DNA of 64,000 nt, from assembly GCA_020057555.1 (NCBI GenBank), contig JAGVFR010000028.1:12444-76443 (forward strand), given 5' to 3'. This DNA is from a bacterium (lineage in GTDB: Bacteria > Patescibacteriota > Patescibacteriia > UBA9934 > GWF2-40-263). A program made the translations under genes and the position numbers. The notes beneath the pieces are model-generated. The model did not search any database. It was not told the DNA's origin and saw only the letters and a list, made by a program, of their open reading frames with translations. Position 1 is the stretch's first letter, and the number at the start of each line of letters is the position of its first letter. Positions 42,091 through 52,146 of the stretch are shown piece after piece.

Positions 42091-42310
42091 AAAAAGACCG
42101 TTGTCAGGTCCTTTGTAAACTTGGGTTTATCCACAGCCTCCTTTTCACAAGGCTGCGAAGTGAAGCCACGAAAGAGTTACCGAGTCAAAACATCTGAGCA
42201 TGAGGAGAGAGATTTTGCCGCATTCCGTTAGGAACACAGCGATGCTCGCGGTTTTCATTCGGAAATATCGTACCCCACATCGCAGCCTTGCAAAAACAAG
42301 GCGTAATAAC
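42091..42310 (-). ncRNA. Candidate 6S-like rod RNA
   Basis: TTGATT-16-TATAAT promoter (42345..42318). End-to-end stem CAAGGCTGCGA/TCGCAGCCTTG, continued by G-U pairs on the minus strand. Terminator at 42091-42114. Confidence 0.5.
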
Positions 42311-42496
42311 ACTTAATATTATAGTGTTAATTTGGAAAAAATCAAGTAAAAGGACCAAAAGGACGAAGAAGACCAAAATGACCAAGAAGGAAACCCCATT
42401 TTTACTCAATTTTCTATCTACAATCTTCGATATCACGAAATATGATTGTGGAGAGAAGAAAAAGTGGGTCCAAGTGAATGGGTGGACCCTGCCCAG

Positions 42497-43639
42497 TTAC
42501 TGCACTATTGCTTCGAAACCATGTGTAATCTCGACAAGCTCCCCTGCGACAAGATCATCGTCCCAAGGAACTTCGACTGCCTTTACGAGGCCGAGTTCGT
42601 TCAAGCCAATCAGTTGCGCTTGAATTTTCCCTTGAACTTCACAAATAAACGTAAAGAGAGGAGTTTTGATCGGAATGTAGTCGCATTTGAGTCTGCTTGG
42701 GTCTATGAAACCTCGCTCAAACGACCCGATGAGCGGAACTTCAGAACAGCGCTTGCGATCAACGGCGTATGGGTAGTAGACCCAACAGCCATCGACCTTT
42801 TTCATATAAGCAACTTGTCCAGCTCCCATGAGCTTTTCTGGCTTGCCATCGATCTCGCCTGTCGTAGCGTGGCGATCGTCTGGAAGTTCGAGTAATGGTC
42901 CGGCTCCGAATTGATCGCCGTCTCTGTAAACGATTCGCGCCTTTGGCGGATCGACCGGTTCTGACGAAGAGATTCGTCGAATAGGCTCCGGAAAAATCGT
43001 AGGTCTTTTTCCTTTGAGACGAACGACCTCGATCTTCCTGTCAGACCCAGTCAGTGAAATGTGCCCGCCGACTTCTCTCGGAGGTCCGTCCTTATGAAGA
43101 CGGTATCTGCACTGCGGGACAGTTACAGAACCGAGAAGTGGATCTGGAACGATCGTGACTGTCATGTAGACGGTCAACAGCAGACGATCGAGCTCGCTCC
43201 AATCTGATCCAATGAGCACGACAAGTTCTGATCGCGAACGACGCTTCGCATCGAGATTAACAGCTTCTCCCACGCACTCACAGATCTCATCGACAGCAAG
43301 TTCGACTGCAGTCGGTGATTTTTGCGCACGCGCTCGAATGAGTGCTTTCTTTGCGCGACCGATCGCACTAGCGAACCTCGCACGATCAGCACGTCTTTGT
43401 CGCGCCATTTCCGCGTTGAGCTCTGCGCCGACAGTATCACCGATCGTGCTGTGCGCTGTCTGCGGCGGTGGTCTCTCTCCTACCTCTTGCCTATTCCCTA
43501 TTCCCTCTTGCCTCTTGCCAACTTCCGGCCTTGTACCAGGAACGAAGTTTGAAGCACCAAGCGCCACAGAAATTTGCGTTGTTCGAACCTTGATCGGCGC
43601 CGCGACTTGCGGCTTTGGCGTTGTCCGAATCTTCTCCAT
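42497..43639 (-). CDS. Hypothetical protein (380 aa), GC-richer than its neighbours
   Basis: Long ORF with GGGGAG SD; no family recognised. Confidence 0.75.
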   Translation of the reverse strand: MEKIRTTPKPQVAAPIKVRTTQISVALGASNFVPGTRPEVGKRQEGIGNRQEVGERPPPQTAHSTIGDTVGAELNAEMARQRRADRARFASAIGRAKKALIRARAQKSPTAVELAVDEICECVGEAVNLDAKRRSRSELVVLIGSDWSELDRLLLTVYMTVTIVPDPLLGSVTVPQCRYRLHKDGPPREVGGHISLTGSDRKIEVVRLKGKRPTIFPEPIRRISSSEPVDPPKARIVYRDGDQFGAGPLLELPDDRHATTGEIDGKPEKLMGAGQVAYMKKVDGCWVYYPYAVDRKRCSEVPLIGSFERGFIDPSRLKCDYIPIKTPLFTFICEVQGKIQAQLIGLNELGLVKAVEVPWDDDLVAGELVEITHGFEAIVQ

Positions 43640-44037
43640 TTTTCTCCCCCTTCATCCTCGATTATCTCATCAAGGAATTTGTTACGCCAATGTTTACTCT
43701 TCTACAATAAAACCGCTCAGGGAGGTCGAGAATGTCACATAGTGATCTAGGCATGGCCGTAGATGTGTGTAACGTGACGAATCAACACGGTGCAAAAAAA
43801 GTTTTCACCTTGTCTGCATCGGAGATCGCGCCAGGGTGGGTTCTCGTCCTCCATAAGCGGTTTTAAAAGTTCACATTGAAAACAAAATCCCATGTTTGGA
43901 GAGATATAGCGAACATATCACCAAACACGGGATTTCCTTAATTTTTCGCGACTCTCTCCAGAAACGCGAAAACGTAAATTGTGATTTTTTTAGAGCCAGC
44001 CCCGACAGAGTGTCGGGGCTGCTCAGGTTGAGTGTTA

Positions 44038-44448
44038 CTATACCGGATTGCCAGGGCACGTCATGTCGAAACGGAACCAGTTTCCAGCCGGCGACTGCAC
44101 TCGCTGTCCTCCGCACGAACCAGCGAAGAAAGAGCTAGTAAACGAGGTGTGGGCGAAGTAGATCTGGTCGCCTACGACGTCGCCGTCCTTGTCGTGCTGG
44201 ATCTCTGCCAGAATCTCACCGGTCTGCGCATCGTAGAAACGCTCCAATCCGGCGACATAGTGCGCTCCATCGCGCTCGACGACACAAGTACCATCGACGG
44301 TCTGGTGACCGATCATGTAGTCGCCAAGGTTTCGAACCATGAGCTCCGTTCCATTGGGACACGGGTGATCCACATCCTCCGGGAGTTTGGCCGCGCACGC
44401 GGATACGAACAGCGATACGACGAGCACCATCACGAGTAAGTAACGCAT
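44038..44448 (-). CDS. Hypothetical lipoprotein
   Basis: AGGAGG SD; MRYLLVMVLVVSLFVSA|C lipobox; four further Cys. Confidence 0.8.
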   Translation of the reverse strand: MRYLLVMVLVVSLFVSACAAKLPEDVDHPCPNGTELMVRNLGDYMIGHQTVDGTCVVERDGAHYVAGLERFYDAQTGEILAEIQHDKDGDVVGDQIYFAHTSFTSSFFAGSCGGQRVQSPAGNWFRFDMTCPGNPV

Positions 44449-44549
44449 TGTCTCCTCCTTGGCTTTCACGCCTGATTGTAGATTTCTGCCCACACTTGCG
44501 GACAGTGTTCAATCCATATAAATGAACTGAACACTATCAGCATATTTAT

Positions 44550-44671
44550 TGTGTCATTCTGAGGGAGTAATTCATTCGTGATCCTTCACGGAATTTACCC
44601 TGAGCGGAGGCAATCATGGCCTTCGACAGGCTCAGGCAATAATTGCCGAAGTCGAAGGGTTCAGGATGACA
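44550..44671. repeat. Composite nested REP-like cluster
   Basis: Outer TGTCATTCTGAG...TCAGGATGACA encloses CCCTGAGCGGAG...GTCGAAGGG, which encloses GCCTTCGACAGGCTCAGGCAAT. Confidence 0.7.
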
Positions 44672-44702
44672 AGAAGGAAGAAAGTTGCTCTGGACGACAA
44701 CT

Positions 44703-44780
44703 GTTTGAACGGTTGTGCTGTGTCGAAGGGAACAGCGGCGATAGTCCGATGGCCCGGAGACATAGCACAACCGTTCAAAC
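44703..44780. other. Conserved hairpin motif, copy 1
   Basis: 22-bp stem (including the closing GTC/GAC) around GTCGAAGGGAACAGCGGCGATAGTCCGATGGCCCGGAGAC; second copy at 54726-54800. Confidence 0.85.
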
Positions 44781-44859
44781 TATGATGAAATAATTTAACG
44801 AACAAAGATATCACAAAATGCCGATTTTGTCAAGAACGCTTCTGTGCTAAAATGTCTCC

Positions 44860-47184
44860 ATGTCACGCAGACGCAAACGTACGTATAAACGAGCCGAAGA
44901 AGAGAGCAAGGGCTCCATCCTGGGAATTGAGCTCAATCAAGAAACAAAACGCGGCATTATTGTCGTGTTGCTTTTTGCAGTTGCGGCGCTAATGTTCCTG
45001 TCGTTTTTCCAAATTGCAGGAAGTCTTGGAACAATTATAAATTCTGGTCTTTCTCAATTTTTTGGCTTTGACCGCTTTCTTGTCCCACTTGTTTTAATTA
45101 TGATAGGAGCAACACTTGCATATCCGGAGCGTGGAACTTTTTCAACTTGGAATTTACTTGGGTTGTTTTTCTTTTTCTTGTCATTCAATTCAATACTAAA
45201 TCTTTTACTTGTTAATAAGCCTGAACCGTTCACACAAAATCTTTCTTCTGCTGGTGGATATCTTGGTCAATTCTTGGGTTTACTTTTGCCAACTTTCGTT
45301 GGTTATTGGGGAGCGATCGTAATTGCGATTGCTCTACTTTTTATTTCAATAATGCTTGCCTTTAACACGTCGCTTCATAAGCTTGGCCCAGCGCAAACTC
45401 ATTTGTCAGGTTGGATTGGGAGAATGTTTAGTAGAAAAATCGGAGAGGTTGCAGAAGTTGAAGAGGCAGAATATGACGAAAAGGTTGGAGAAGTTGAAGA
45501 CGAAGAAGAAGTCGAAGAAGAAAATCACGAATTTCATGCAAAACCTGTTGAAGTAACAAAACAACTTGAAACTCTCCTTGCTACAAAACAACGACGTCAA
45601 ATTAACATTCCACTTACTTTGCTTGATCGTTCAACATCAAAAGCTCAATCAGGTGACATTGAACGCAACAAAGAAATTATTGAAAAGACATTTCATGAAT
45701 TTGGAATCGACGTCGAAATGGGAAACATTTCTGTTGGCCCAACAGTCACGCAATATACACTTCGTCCAGCGCAAGGAATCAAGCTCGCACGAATTGTGAG
45801 TTTGCAAAATGACCTTGCGCTTGCTCTTGCCGCGCACCCAATCCGTATGGAAGCTCCAATTCCTGGAAAATCCCTGGTTGGTATTGAAGTTCCAAATACA
45901 AAAGTTGCGACAGTTACGCTACGAGATGTTATTGAATCAAAACCATATCGTGAATGGAAAGGGGCTCTTGCAATTCCACTTGGAAAAGACGTGTCTGGCG
46001 GAACTTGCATGATCTCACTTGATAAAATGCCTCATCTCCTTGTTGCCGGAGCAACTGGTTCTGGAAAAAGTGTATGTCTAAATGCAATTATTTTATCACT
46101 CATTTATCAATACGGTCCTGATGATTTGAAATTCATCTTGGTTGATCCAAAACGTGTTGAACTAACAGCGTATGCTGGAATTCCACACTTACTTGTTCCT
46201 CCAATTGTTGGAGTTGATGACACAGTAAACGCGCTTAAATGGACTGTGAGAGAAATGGAACGACGTTTAGACATGCTATCAAAACATGGAGCGCGAAACA
46301 TTGATGATTACAATGCTAAGGTCGAAGAACGCATGCCAAAAATTGTAATTTTGATTGATGAACTCGCAGATCTTATGTCAGCAAGTGGGCGAGAAGTTGA
46401 AGCAACGATTGTCCGTATTGCTCAAATGGCGCGCGCTGTTGGAATTCATCTTGTACTTGCAACTCAACGTCCGAGTGTTGATGTTATAACGGGGCTTATT
46501 AAGGCCAACATCCCTGGACGTATTGCCTTCGCAGTTGCCTCTCAAACCGATTCACGCACAATTCTCGATCAATCTGGTGCAGAAAAACTTCTTGGTCGTG
46601 GTGACATGCTTTTCACATGCGCAGAAATATCAAAACCAAAACGAATTCAGGGCGCGTTTGTTTCTTCTGATGAAGTTGAGCGAATTGTTTCGTTCCTTCG
46701 TAAAAAAGGAGAACCTGATTACAATTTGGCAATCACTGAAATCACAAAAGCCGGAACAGTTTTTGATAATCCGGAAGATAGCGATCCAATGCTTGAGGAA
46801 TGTGTCCGAGTTGTTCTACAGTCCGGGAAAGCTTCGACGTCTTTACTGCAACGACGACTTCGCATTGGATATTCACGGGCCGCTAGAATAATGGATCTAC
46901 TTGAACAAGGCGGAGTTATTGGTCCACCTGATGGTTCAAGACCGCGCGAAGTGTTGATTGATGAATGGCCACCTGGAGGAAATATAAAAGAGGGAATGCC
47001 AATTGCGCAAGATGATTATGAAGAGGCTTGGGGAAAAGAAACTAGAGAAGCTGAAGAGGCAGAAGAAGTTGTAGCGGTAGGCTTTGGCATTCCAGAAGCT
47101 GAAGAAGCTGCAGAAGATCAAGAAGTGGAAAAAGATGAGAAGGAAAACTGGGAAGATAAGATCGATGACGAATGGATAAAATAA
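44860..47184 (+). CDS. ftsK: DNA translocase FtsK/SpoIIIE
   Basis: Four-TM N-terminus, PHLLVAGATGSGKSV, IDELADLM, ATQRPSVDV, gamma domain LQRRLRIGYSRAAR. Confidence 0.98.
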   Translation: MSRRRKRTYKRAEEESKGSILGIELNQETKRGIIVVLLFAVAALMFLSFFQIAGSLGTIINSGLSQFFGFDRFLVPLVLIMIGATLAYPERGTFSTWNLLGLFFFFLSFNSILNLLLVNKPEPFTQNLSSAGGYLGQFLGLLLPTFVGYWGAIVIAIALLFISIMLAFNTSLHKLGPAQTHLSGWIGRMFSRKIGEVAEVEEAEYDEKVGEVEDEEEVEEENHEFHAKPVEVTKQLETLLATKQRRQINIPLTLLDRSTSKAQSGDIERNKEIIEKTFHEFGIDVEMGNISVGPTVTQYTLRPAQGIKLARIVSLQNDLALALAAHPIRMEAPIPGKSLVGIEVPNTKVATVTLRDVIESKPYREWKGALAIPLGKDVSGGTCMISLDKMPHLLVAGATGSGKSVCLNAIILSLIYQYGPDDLKFILVDPKRVELTAYAGIPHLLVPPIVGVDDTVNALKWTVREMERRLDMLSKHGARNIDDYNAKVEERMPKIVILIDELADLMSASGREVEATIVRIAQMARAVGIHLVLATQRPSVDVITGLIKANIPGRIAFAVASQTDSRTILDQSGAEKLLGRGDMLFTCAEISKPKRIQGAFVSSDEVERIVSFLRKKGEPDYNLAITEITKAGTVFDNPEDSDPMLEECVRVVLQSGKASTSLLQRRLRIGYSRAARIMDLLEQGGVIGPPDGSRPREVLIDEWPPGGNIKEGMPIAQDDYEEAWGKETREAEEAEEVVAVGFGIPEAEEAAEDQEVEKDEKENWEDKIDDEWIK

Positions 47185-47191
47185 AATTACT

Positions 47192-47893
47192 GTGCCTTTC
47201 ACAATCCGACAATTCAACCACCAAGAACTTCTTTGCGATAAACTCAAAACACTTCGCAAAGAGGCAAATTTTACGCTTTCACAAATGGCGGAAAAAACAA
47301 AAATCCGAAAACAATTTTTGAAACGACTTGAAGCTGGTCAATATGATAAATTGCCAGATCCCATCTACACACGAAATTTCTTAAAAGTATATTTACGAAT
47401 TCTCAATACTGAAGATTCCTACTTCTTGGATTTGTTTGAACAGGAACGTGGAACATGCGACTTCATCAAGCAAGCATGTCTGCCACGTCAACGCGCACAC
47501 AGTCTTCGATTCTTAGTTGCAAGTCGGTTTATAAAGATCGGATTATTTAGTTTTGTAGCTTTAAGTGTTGTCTTTTATTTTGGAATCCAAATCCGCACAA
47601 TAATCATGCCGCCAGAACTTTCAATTTTTGAACCACAAGACGGAATAACAACTCAAGACGCAACAATTTCTGTTTCTGGTCAAGCAGAAGATGGTGCTGG
47701 AGTTAAAATAAACGGAAATGAAGTTCTTATGACAAAAGACGGAACGTTTGAATTTGAAATAGCTCTTGAACGCGGAATCAATATTATCAAGATCGAAAGT
47801 ATGAAGCGTTATTCAAAGCCAGCAGTTGAATATAGACGTGTAGTTCTAAACCAAGATCGGTCCGTGTCTCTTATTCCACTTGTGGATAAATAA
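47192..47893 (+). CDS. RodZ-like HTH membrane protein with C-terminal Ig-like domain
   Basis: HTH_25-like LKTLRK...LEAGQYDKLP..IYTRNFLKVY, then a TM segment; located after ftsK. Confidence 0.82.
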   Translation: MPFTIRQFNHQELLCDKLKTLRKEANFTLSQMAEKTKIRKQFLKRLEAGQYDKLPDPIYTRNFLKVYLRILNTEDSYFLDLFEQERGTCDFIKQACLPRQRAHSLRFLVASRFIKIGLFSFVALSVVFYFGIQIRTIIMPPELSIFEPQDGITTQDATISVSGQAEDGAGVKINGNEVLMTKDGTFEFEIALERGINIIKIESMKRYSKPAVEYRRVVLNQDRSVSLIPLVDK

Positions 47894-48109
47894 CAAAATC
47901 TTGAACAATGTCAAAAAAAGATAACACGAAACCTCCGCTCACTTGAGCGGTTGTTTTGTATTTGTGTTTAAAAAACCAAACAAAACCCTTGATTTTATTG
48001 GAGAAAGTAGTAAAGTAGCATAGTAGAAAAGTAGCAAAGGAATTCTAAAAATCTTCCATTTTACAACCATCTGCCACTCTGTTACTGTCTACTCTACTAC
48101 TACTTTTAT

Positions 48110-49135
48110 ATGGCCAAACAAATTTCAAAAGACGTTGAAACAGACGCTAAATCACGCGCGGCATTTGATGCAATCTCGCAAATCAAACAAAGATTTGGAG
48201 AAGGATCAATCATGCGCCTAGGTGAGGCAAAAACCATGCAAGTTGATGCTATAACAACAGGATGTTTATCGCTTGACCTTGCGCTTGGTGTTATGGGAGT
48301 TCCACGCGGACGAATTATCGAAATTTACGGACCTGAATCATCTGGAAAAACAACGCTAGCTCAACACATTGTCGCTGAAGTTCAAAAAACTGGCGGGCTT
48401 GCGGCGTATGTTGATGCAGAACATGCGCTTGACCCAGAGTACGCACAAAAAATTGGCGTGAACATTGACGAACTTTTTATATCCCAACCAGATAATGGAG
48501 AACAAGCTCTTGAGATTGTTGAAACACTTGTTCGTTCAAACGCAGTTGATGTGGTTGTAATTGACTCTGTCGCGGCGCTTACACCAAAAGCAGAAATCGA
48601 AGGTGAAATGGGCGACTCGCACATGGGACTTCAAGCACGCTTGATGAGCCAAGCGCTTCGTAAGCTTGCCGCAATTGTTAGTAAATCAAAAACAACTGTT
48701 ATTTTCATTAACCAAATCAGAATGAAGATTGGAGTCGTGTTTGGAAATCCAGAAACAACCCCCGGTGGAAACGCACTCAAATTTTATTCTTCTATACGAA
48801 TAGAGATTCGACGTAGCGCGCAAATAAAACAAGCGGAGGCAATTATCGGAAATAGAACAAAAGTTAAAATTGTAAAAAACAAGGTCGCTCCGCCTTTCCG
48901 CACATGCGAATTCGACATTATGTACAACGAAGGTATTTCAATTTCCGGCGACCTTATAGATGTTGGAACCCAAATGGAAGTTATCAAAAAAAGTGGAAAC
49001 AACTACTATTTCAATGAAGAAAAACTTGGTCTTGGCAGAGAAAACGCGAAACTTACTCTTCGACAAAGTCCTGAACTGATGAAAAATATCCGCGAAGAAA
49101 TTTTGAAAGTTCTTGCATTAGTACCGGAAGTGTGA
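48110..49135 (+). CDS. recA: Recombinase A
   Basis: [34 protein letters not shown]. Confidence 0.99.
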   Translation: MAKQISKDVETDAKSRAAFDAISQIKQRFGEGSIMRLGEAKTMQVDAITTGCLSLDLALGVMGVPRGRIIEIYGPESSGKTTLAQHIVAEVQKTGGLAAYVDAEHALDPEYAQKIGVNIDELFISQPDNGEQALEIVETLVRSNAVDVVVIDSVAALTPKAEIEGEMGDSHMGLQARLMSQALRKLAAIVSKSKTTVIFINQIRMKIGVVFGNPETTPGGNALKFYSSIRIEIRRSAQIKQAEAIIGNRTKVKIVKNKVAPPFRTCEFDIMYNEGISISGDLIDVGTQMEVIKKSGNNYYFNEEKLGLGRENAKLTLRQSPELMKNIREEILKVLALVPEV

Positions 49136-49201
49136 AAAAGCCGTTAGCCTCTAGCCTTTAGCATTAAAAATGCTTTTTTCCTAACGGCTAACAGCTAATG
49201 G

Positions 49202-49765
49202 CTAGTTAACTCGTTCTGTATATTCTCCAGTATCTGTGTTTATCAATACATGATCGCCTTGTGTGATAAACGATGGAACTCTCACTTTCAAACCATTATC
49301 AAGTTCTGCTTCTTTCAGCACGTTTCCTGATGCTGTATCACCTTTTACAGCAGGTTCAGTATATACCACAAAATATTCAACTTTTTGTGGAAGAGTGACG
49401 CTAAGCGCTTGTCCTTCGTGCATAACTACATTGGCTTCTAAACCTTCTTTCAAATAAGGAATACTATCTTCCATATCTGCTTTTGCTATCGAAACTTGCT
49501 CGTACGTCGTGTTGTCCATGAATGTATATAAATTTCCATCATTATAGAGATACTGCATTTTTTTGTATTGAACATCCTCAAATGTAAGAGACTCGGCAGA
49601 TTTAAAGTTTGTCTCCTGAACCTTTCCGGTTTTAATGTTCTTCATTTTTGTTCTAACAAAAGAACTCCCCTTTCCTGGGCTCACTCTTTGAAAATATGTG
49701 ACCAACCATAGTTCACCATTTATATTAACAACTGTGCCTTTTTTGATATCGTTTGGGGAGGACAT
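49202..49765 (-). CDS. efp: Elongation factor P
   Basis: PGKG loop, EPAVKGDTA, VPSFI...DTGEY. Confidence 0.97.
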   Translation of the reverse strand: MSSPNDIKKGTVVNINGELWLVTYFQRVSPGKGSSFVRTKMKNIKTGKVQETNFKSAESLTFEDVQYKKMQYLYNDGNLYTFMDNTTYEQVSIAKADMEDSIPYLKEGLEANVVMHEGQALSVTLPQKVEYFVVYTEPAVKGDTASGNVLKEAELDNGLKVRVPSFITQGDHVLINTDTGEYTERVN

Positions 49766-49795
49766 AAGTGAAAGTAGAAAAGTAGTAGAGGAAAT

Positions 49796-50770
49796 TTAGA
49801 ATAATGACGATGCAGGAAACAAGATAACGTCTTCTATTTTCGTTTGGCCGGTTAAAATCATGTGTAAACGATCAATGCCAAGCGCGTTTCCAAACGTCGG
49901 AGTTCGCACGGATGGTAGCAGAGACAATAATTCTTCGTCAATGGGATGAATTGTTTTGCCAGCTTGCTTCCTTTCTTGTGCTTCTTCTTCGAAACGTTTG
50001 CGTTGTTCATTTTCGTCTGTTAATTCTGTAAATCCGTTACACAATTCAAGACCATTCATATACAACTCAAAACGCTCGCCATATTTTCCGTCTGAAGTTA
50101 ACCGAGAAAGAGAGGCTTGATATTTTGGATAGTCGTATACGAAAACATTTCCAGAAAGATTCGGCTCAATTTTTGTCAAAAACAAACGATAGAATAAATC
50201 GCTTTCTGTATCATTTGATGTTGTGTGAATTCCGTGACTAGCACAAGCGTCAAAAAGCATTTTGCAATCAGCGTTGTCTAAATCAATTTTAATGTATTGT
50301 AAAAATAAATCTCTCATTCGTTTTTTTTCAAATTTTGTATTTCGGATTTCTTCGTATTTCGGATTTCTAATTTCGAATTTAACTAGCTCAATCAACTCTT
50401 CCGTCTCCTCCATACAAACCTGATAATCAGCTCCTTGTTGATACCATTCGAGCATACTAAATTCTGGATTGTGATTTCCACCAAACGTTTCATCATTTCG
50501 AAAAACTTTTGTAATAGTAAAAATTTTCTCCAAACCATGTCCTAAAAGTTTTTTCATTGAATACTCTGGGCTGGTGATAAGTGCTGCGCGATGTTCAATT
50601 CCATTTGATTCTCGAACGATTGTTTCAAATGGCGAAAGATTGGGTTCCATTCCAGGTGACTGTACAAGAATCGGTGTTTCAACTTCCAAATATCCTCGCG
50701 AATTAAAAAACGACCGAATGGAGTCATTCATCATTTGTCGTTCATGAATGATGTTTCCAATCGGCCGCAT
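49796..50770 (-). CDS. epmA: EF-P lysine-34 aminoacylase (EpmA/GenX)
   Basis: LysRS catalytic domain only: LITSPEYSMKKLL, HNPEFSMLEWY, ELCNGFTEL, ALGIDRL; adjacent to efp. Confidence 0.93.
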   Translation of the reverse strand: MRPIGNIIHERQMMNDSIRSFFNSRGYLEVETPILVQSPGMEPNLSPFETIVRESNGIEHRAALITSPEYSMKKLLGHGLEKIFTITKVFRNDETFGGNHNPEFSMLEWYQQGADYQVCMEETEELIELVKFEIRNPKYEEIRNTKFEKKRMRDLFLQYIKIDLDNADCKMLFDACASHGIHTTSNDTESDLFYRLFLTKIEPNLSGNVFVYDYPKYQASLSRLTSDGKYGERFELYMNGLELCNGFTELTDENEQRKRFEEEAQERKQAGKTIHPIDEELLSLLPSVRTPTFGNALGIDRLHMILTGQTKIEDVILFPASSLF

Positions 50771-50773
50771 TTT

Positions 50774-51013
50774 TTATCTTTGAGTGAATGGGATAAGCGC
50801 CATTACACGAGCGCGCTTGATCGCGTTTGAAAGCTCGCGTTGATGTTTCATGCACACGCCAGAACGCTTTCGCGCGACAATCTTTGCAAATGAAGAAAGA
50901 TATCTACGCAAATTTTTTACATCTTTGTAATCAATATGAACATTGTTATTTGCGCAAAAATAACACTGTTTTTTCTTTTTTTGTTGTTGTTGTGGTTTGT
51001 TGTTGTTCATCAT
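50774..51013 (-). CDS. rpsR: 30S ribosomal protein S18 (zinc-binding form)
   Basis: CYFC, IDYKD, C..HQR..NAIKRAR. Confidence 0.97.
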   Translation of the reverse strand: MMNNNKPQQQQKKKKQCYFCANNNVHIDYKDVKNLRRYLSSFAKIVARKRSGVCMKHQRELSNAIKRARVMALIPFTQR

Positions 51014-51021
51014 AAAAATTT

Positions 51022-51489
51022 CTAAAAAGGAATATCTTCAACGCGAATCTCATCATCTCTATTTACTGGAGCATCATCTTGCACAGTTTTTGGTTCTGGT
51101 GGAACAAAAGCACTGCCTGATTTGCTCTGGAAAACAGGCGCGCCAGAAGCAGGAGCTCCTGCGCGATCAAGCATGATTATATTTTCTGCGACAATTTCCG
51201 TACGATATCGTTTAATACCATCCTGTCCTTCCCAATCTCTTGTTTGAAGTCTGCCTTCAACATAGACTTTTCTACCTTTTGCCAAATACTGTCCACAAAT
51301 TTCTGCTAAACGTGCCCAAGCAACAACGTTGTGAAATTCTGTTGCTTCTTGTTTATTTCCTGCGGCATCATTCCACTGGCGATTTGTTGCAACACCAAGT
51401 GTGCAAACTTTCTGACCTGATGGAGTTTGTTTAACTTCAGGATCACGAGTCAGATTACCAAGAAGAGTCGCGCGGTTAAGTGAAAACAT
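51022..51489 (-). CDS. ssb: Single-stranded DNA-binding protein
   Basis: LGNLTRDPE, EGRLQTRDW, C-terminal DIPF. Confidence 0.98.
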   Translation of the reverse strand: MFSLNRATLLGNLTRDPEVKQTPSGQKVCTLGVATNRQWNDAAGNKQEATEFHNVVAWARLAEICGQYLAKGRKVYVEGRLQTRDWEGQDGIKRYRTEIVAENIIMLDRAGAPASGAPVFQSKSGSAFVPPEPKTVQDDAPVNRDDEIRVEDIPF

Positions 51490-51490
51490 A

Positions 51491-52027
51491 TTAAATATTT
51501 TCAGTTACGTCAGCTTTTAAAATTTCGTCCAACTTTTTGTCGAGTTCTTCCATACTCATTTTGGATTCAACCGAAGGAGCTTGAGATAAAACTGGTTGAG
51601 CGATCTCCGCGGCTTTTTCAATTCTTCGACGAACAGGACGTGCTCCAGTTGCCGCACCTTGTGGTGTGAAATGTTCTTTACGCGCCTCTTCTGAAAGAGG
51701 AGCAACGTAAGAGGACAACTCAAACTTGCTCGTCTCTGCATACGATGGTCGCATTGTTATTGAATGGCGCAAAATTTCATCCGTGAGAGTGAGCTTACGA
51801 ATGAGTTGCTCGATTGCTGAACTTTCAGCGTCGAAATAAACAAGGATGTACGTTCCGTGATTCTGTTTTTTGATCGTATACGCAAGATGTATCTTTCCGA
51901 GATTTTCGGTTTTCACGATCGTACCGCCAACAGTCTCAACTTCCGCAACAATCTGTGCCTGAATCTTTTCGATTTCAGCTTCAGTGTATTGGCTTGAGAC
52001 TATAAACAAAAGTTCGTATTTGTTCAT
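51491..52027 (-). CDS. rpsF: 30S ribosomal protein S6 with long C-terminal extension
   Basis: KYELLFI...LGKIHLAYTIKK...ILRH; rpsF-ssb-rpsR order. Confidence 0.95.
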   Translation of the reverse strand: MNKYELLFIVSSQYTEAEIEKIQAQIVAEVETVGGTIVKTENLGKIHLAYTIKKQNHGTYILVYFDAESSAIEQLIRKLTLTDEILRHSITMRPSYAETSKFELSSYVAPLSEEARKEHFTPQGAATGARPVRRRIEKAAEIAQPVLSQAPSVESKMSMEELDKKLDEILKADVTENI

Positions 52028-52146
52028 ATGATCTGGTTTGGGTTTTTTCCAAACAGTCCGAATTGGACTATGGGCAGAAAAGAATTAAGTGTCGTTATCC
52101 TAGAGAATTCTGGTAAAAAGGTCAAGGGCGGGGCATAATGTGTGAT

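Noticed and set aside
42040-42140. Replication origin
   Set aside because: Only a single DnaA box, no cluster, and no dnaA/dnaN nearby.
42185-42623. ORFs 42185-42436 (-) and 42288-42623 (+)
   Set aside because: Their hydrophobic or Lys-rich character comes from a 9-mer tandem repeat; they overlap a promoter and an RNA structure.
44722-44761. Cobalamin riboswitch or SRP RNA call for the repeated hairpin
   Set aside because: Only the AGGGAA/T-loop arm resembles a cobalamin riboswitch; no B12 box, and no SRP helix-8 loop.
47895-48110. LexA/SOS box upstream of recA
   Set aside because: No convincing GAAC-N4-GTTC or CTGT-N8-ACAG site; the region is dominated by a terminator and 8-mer repeats.
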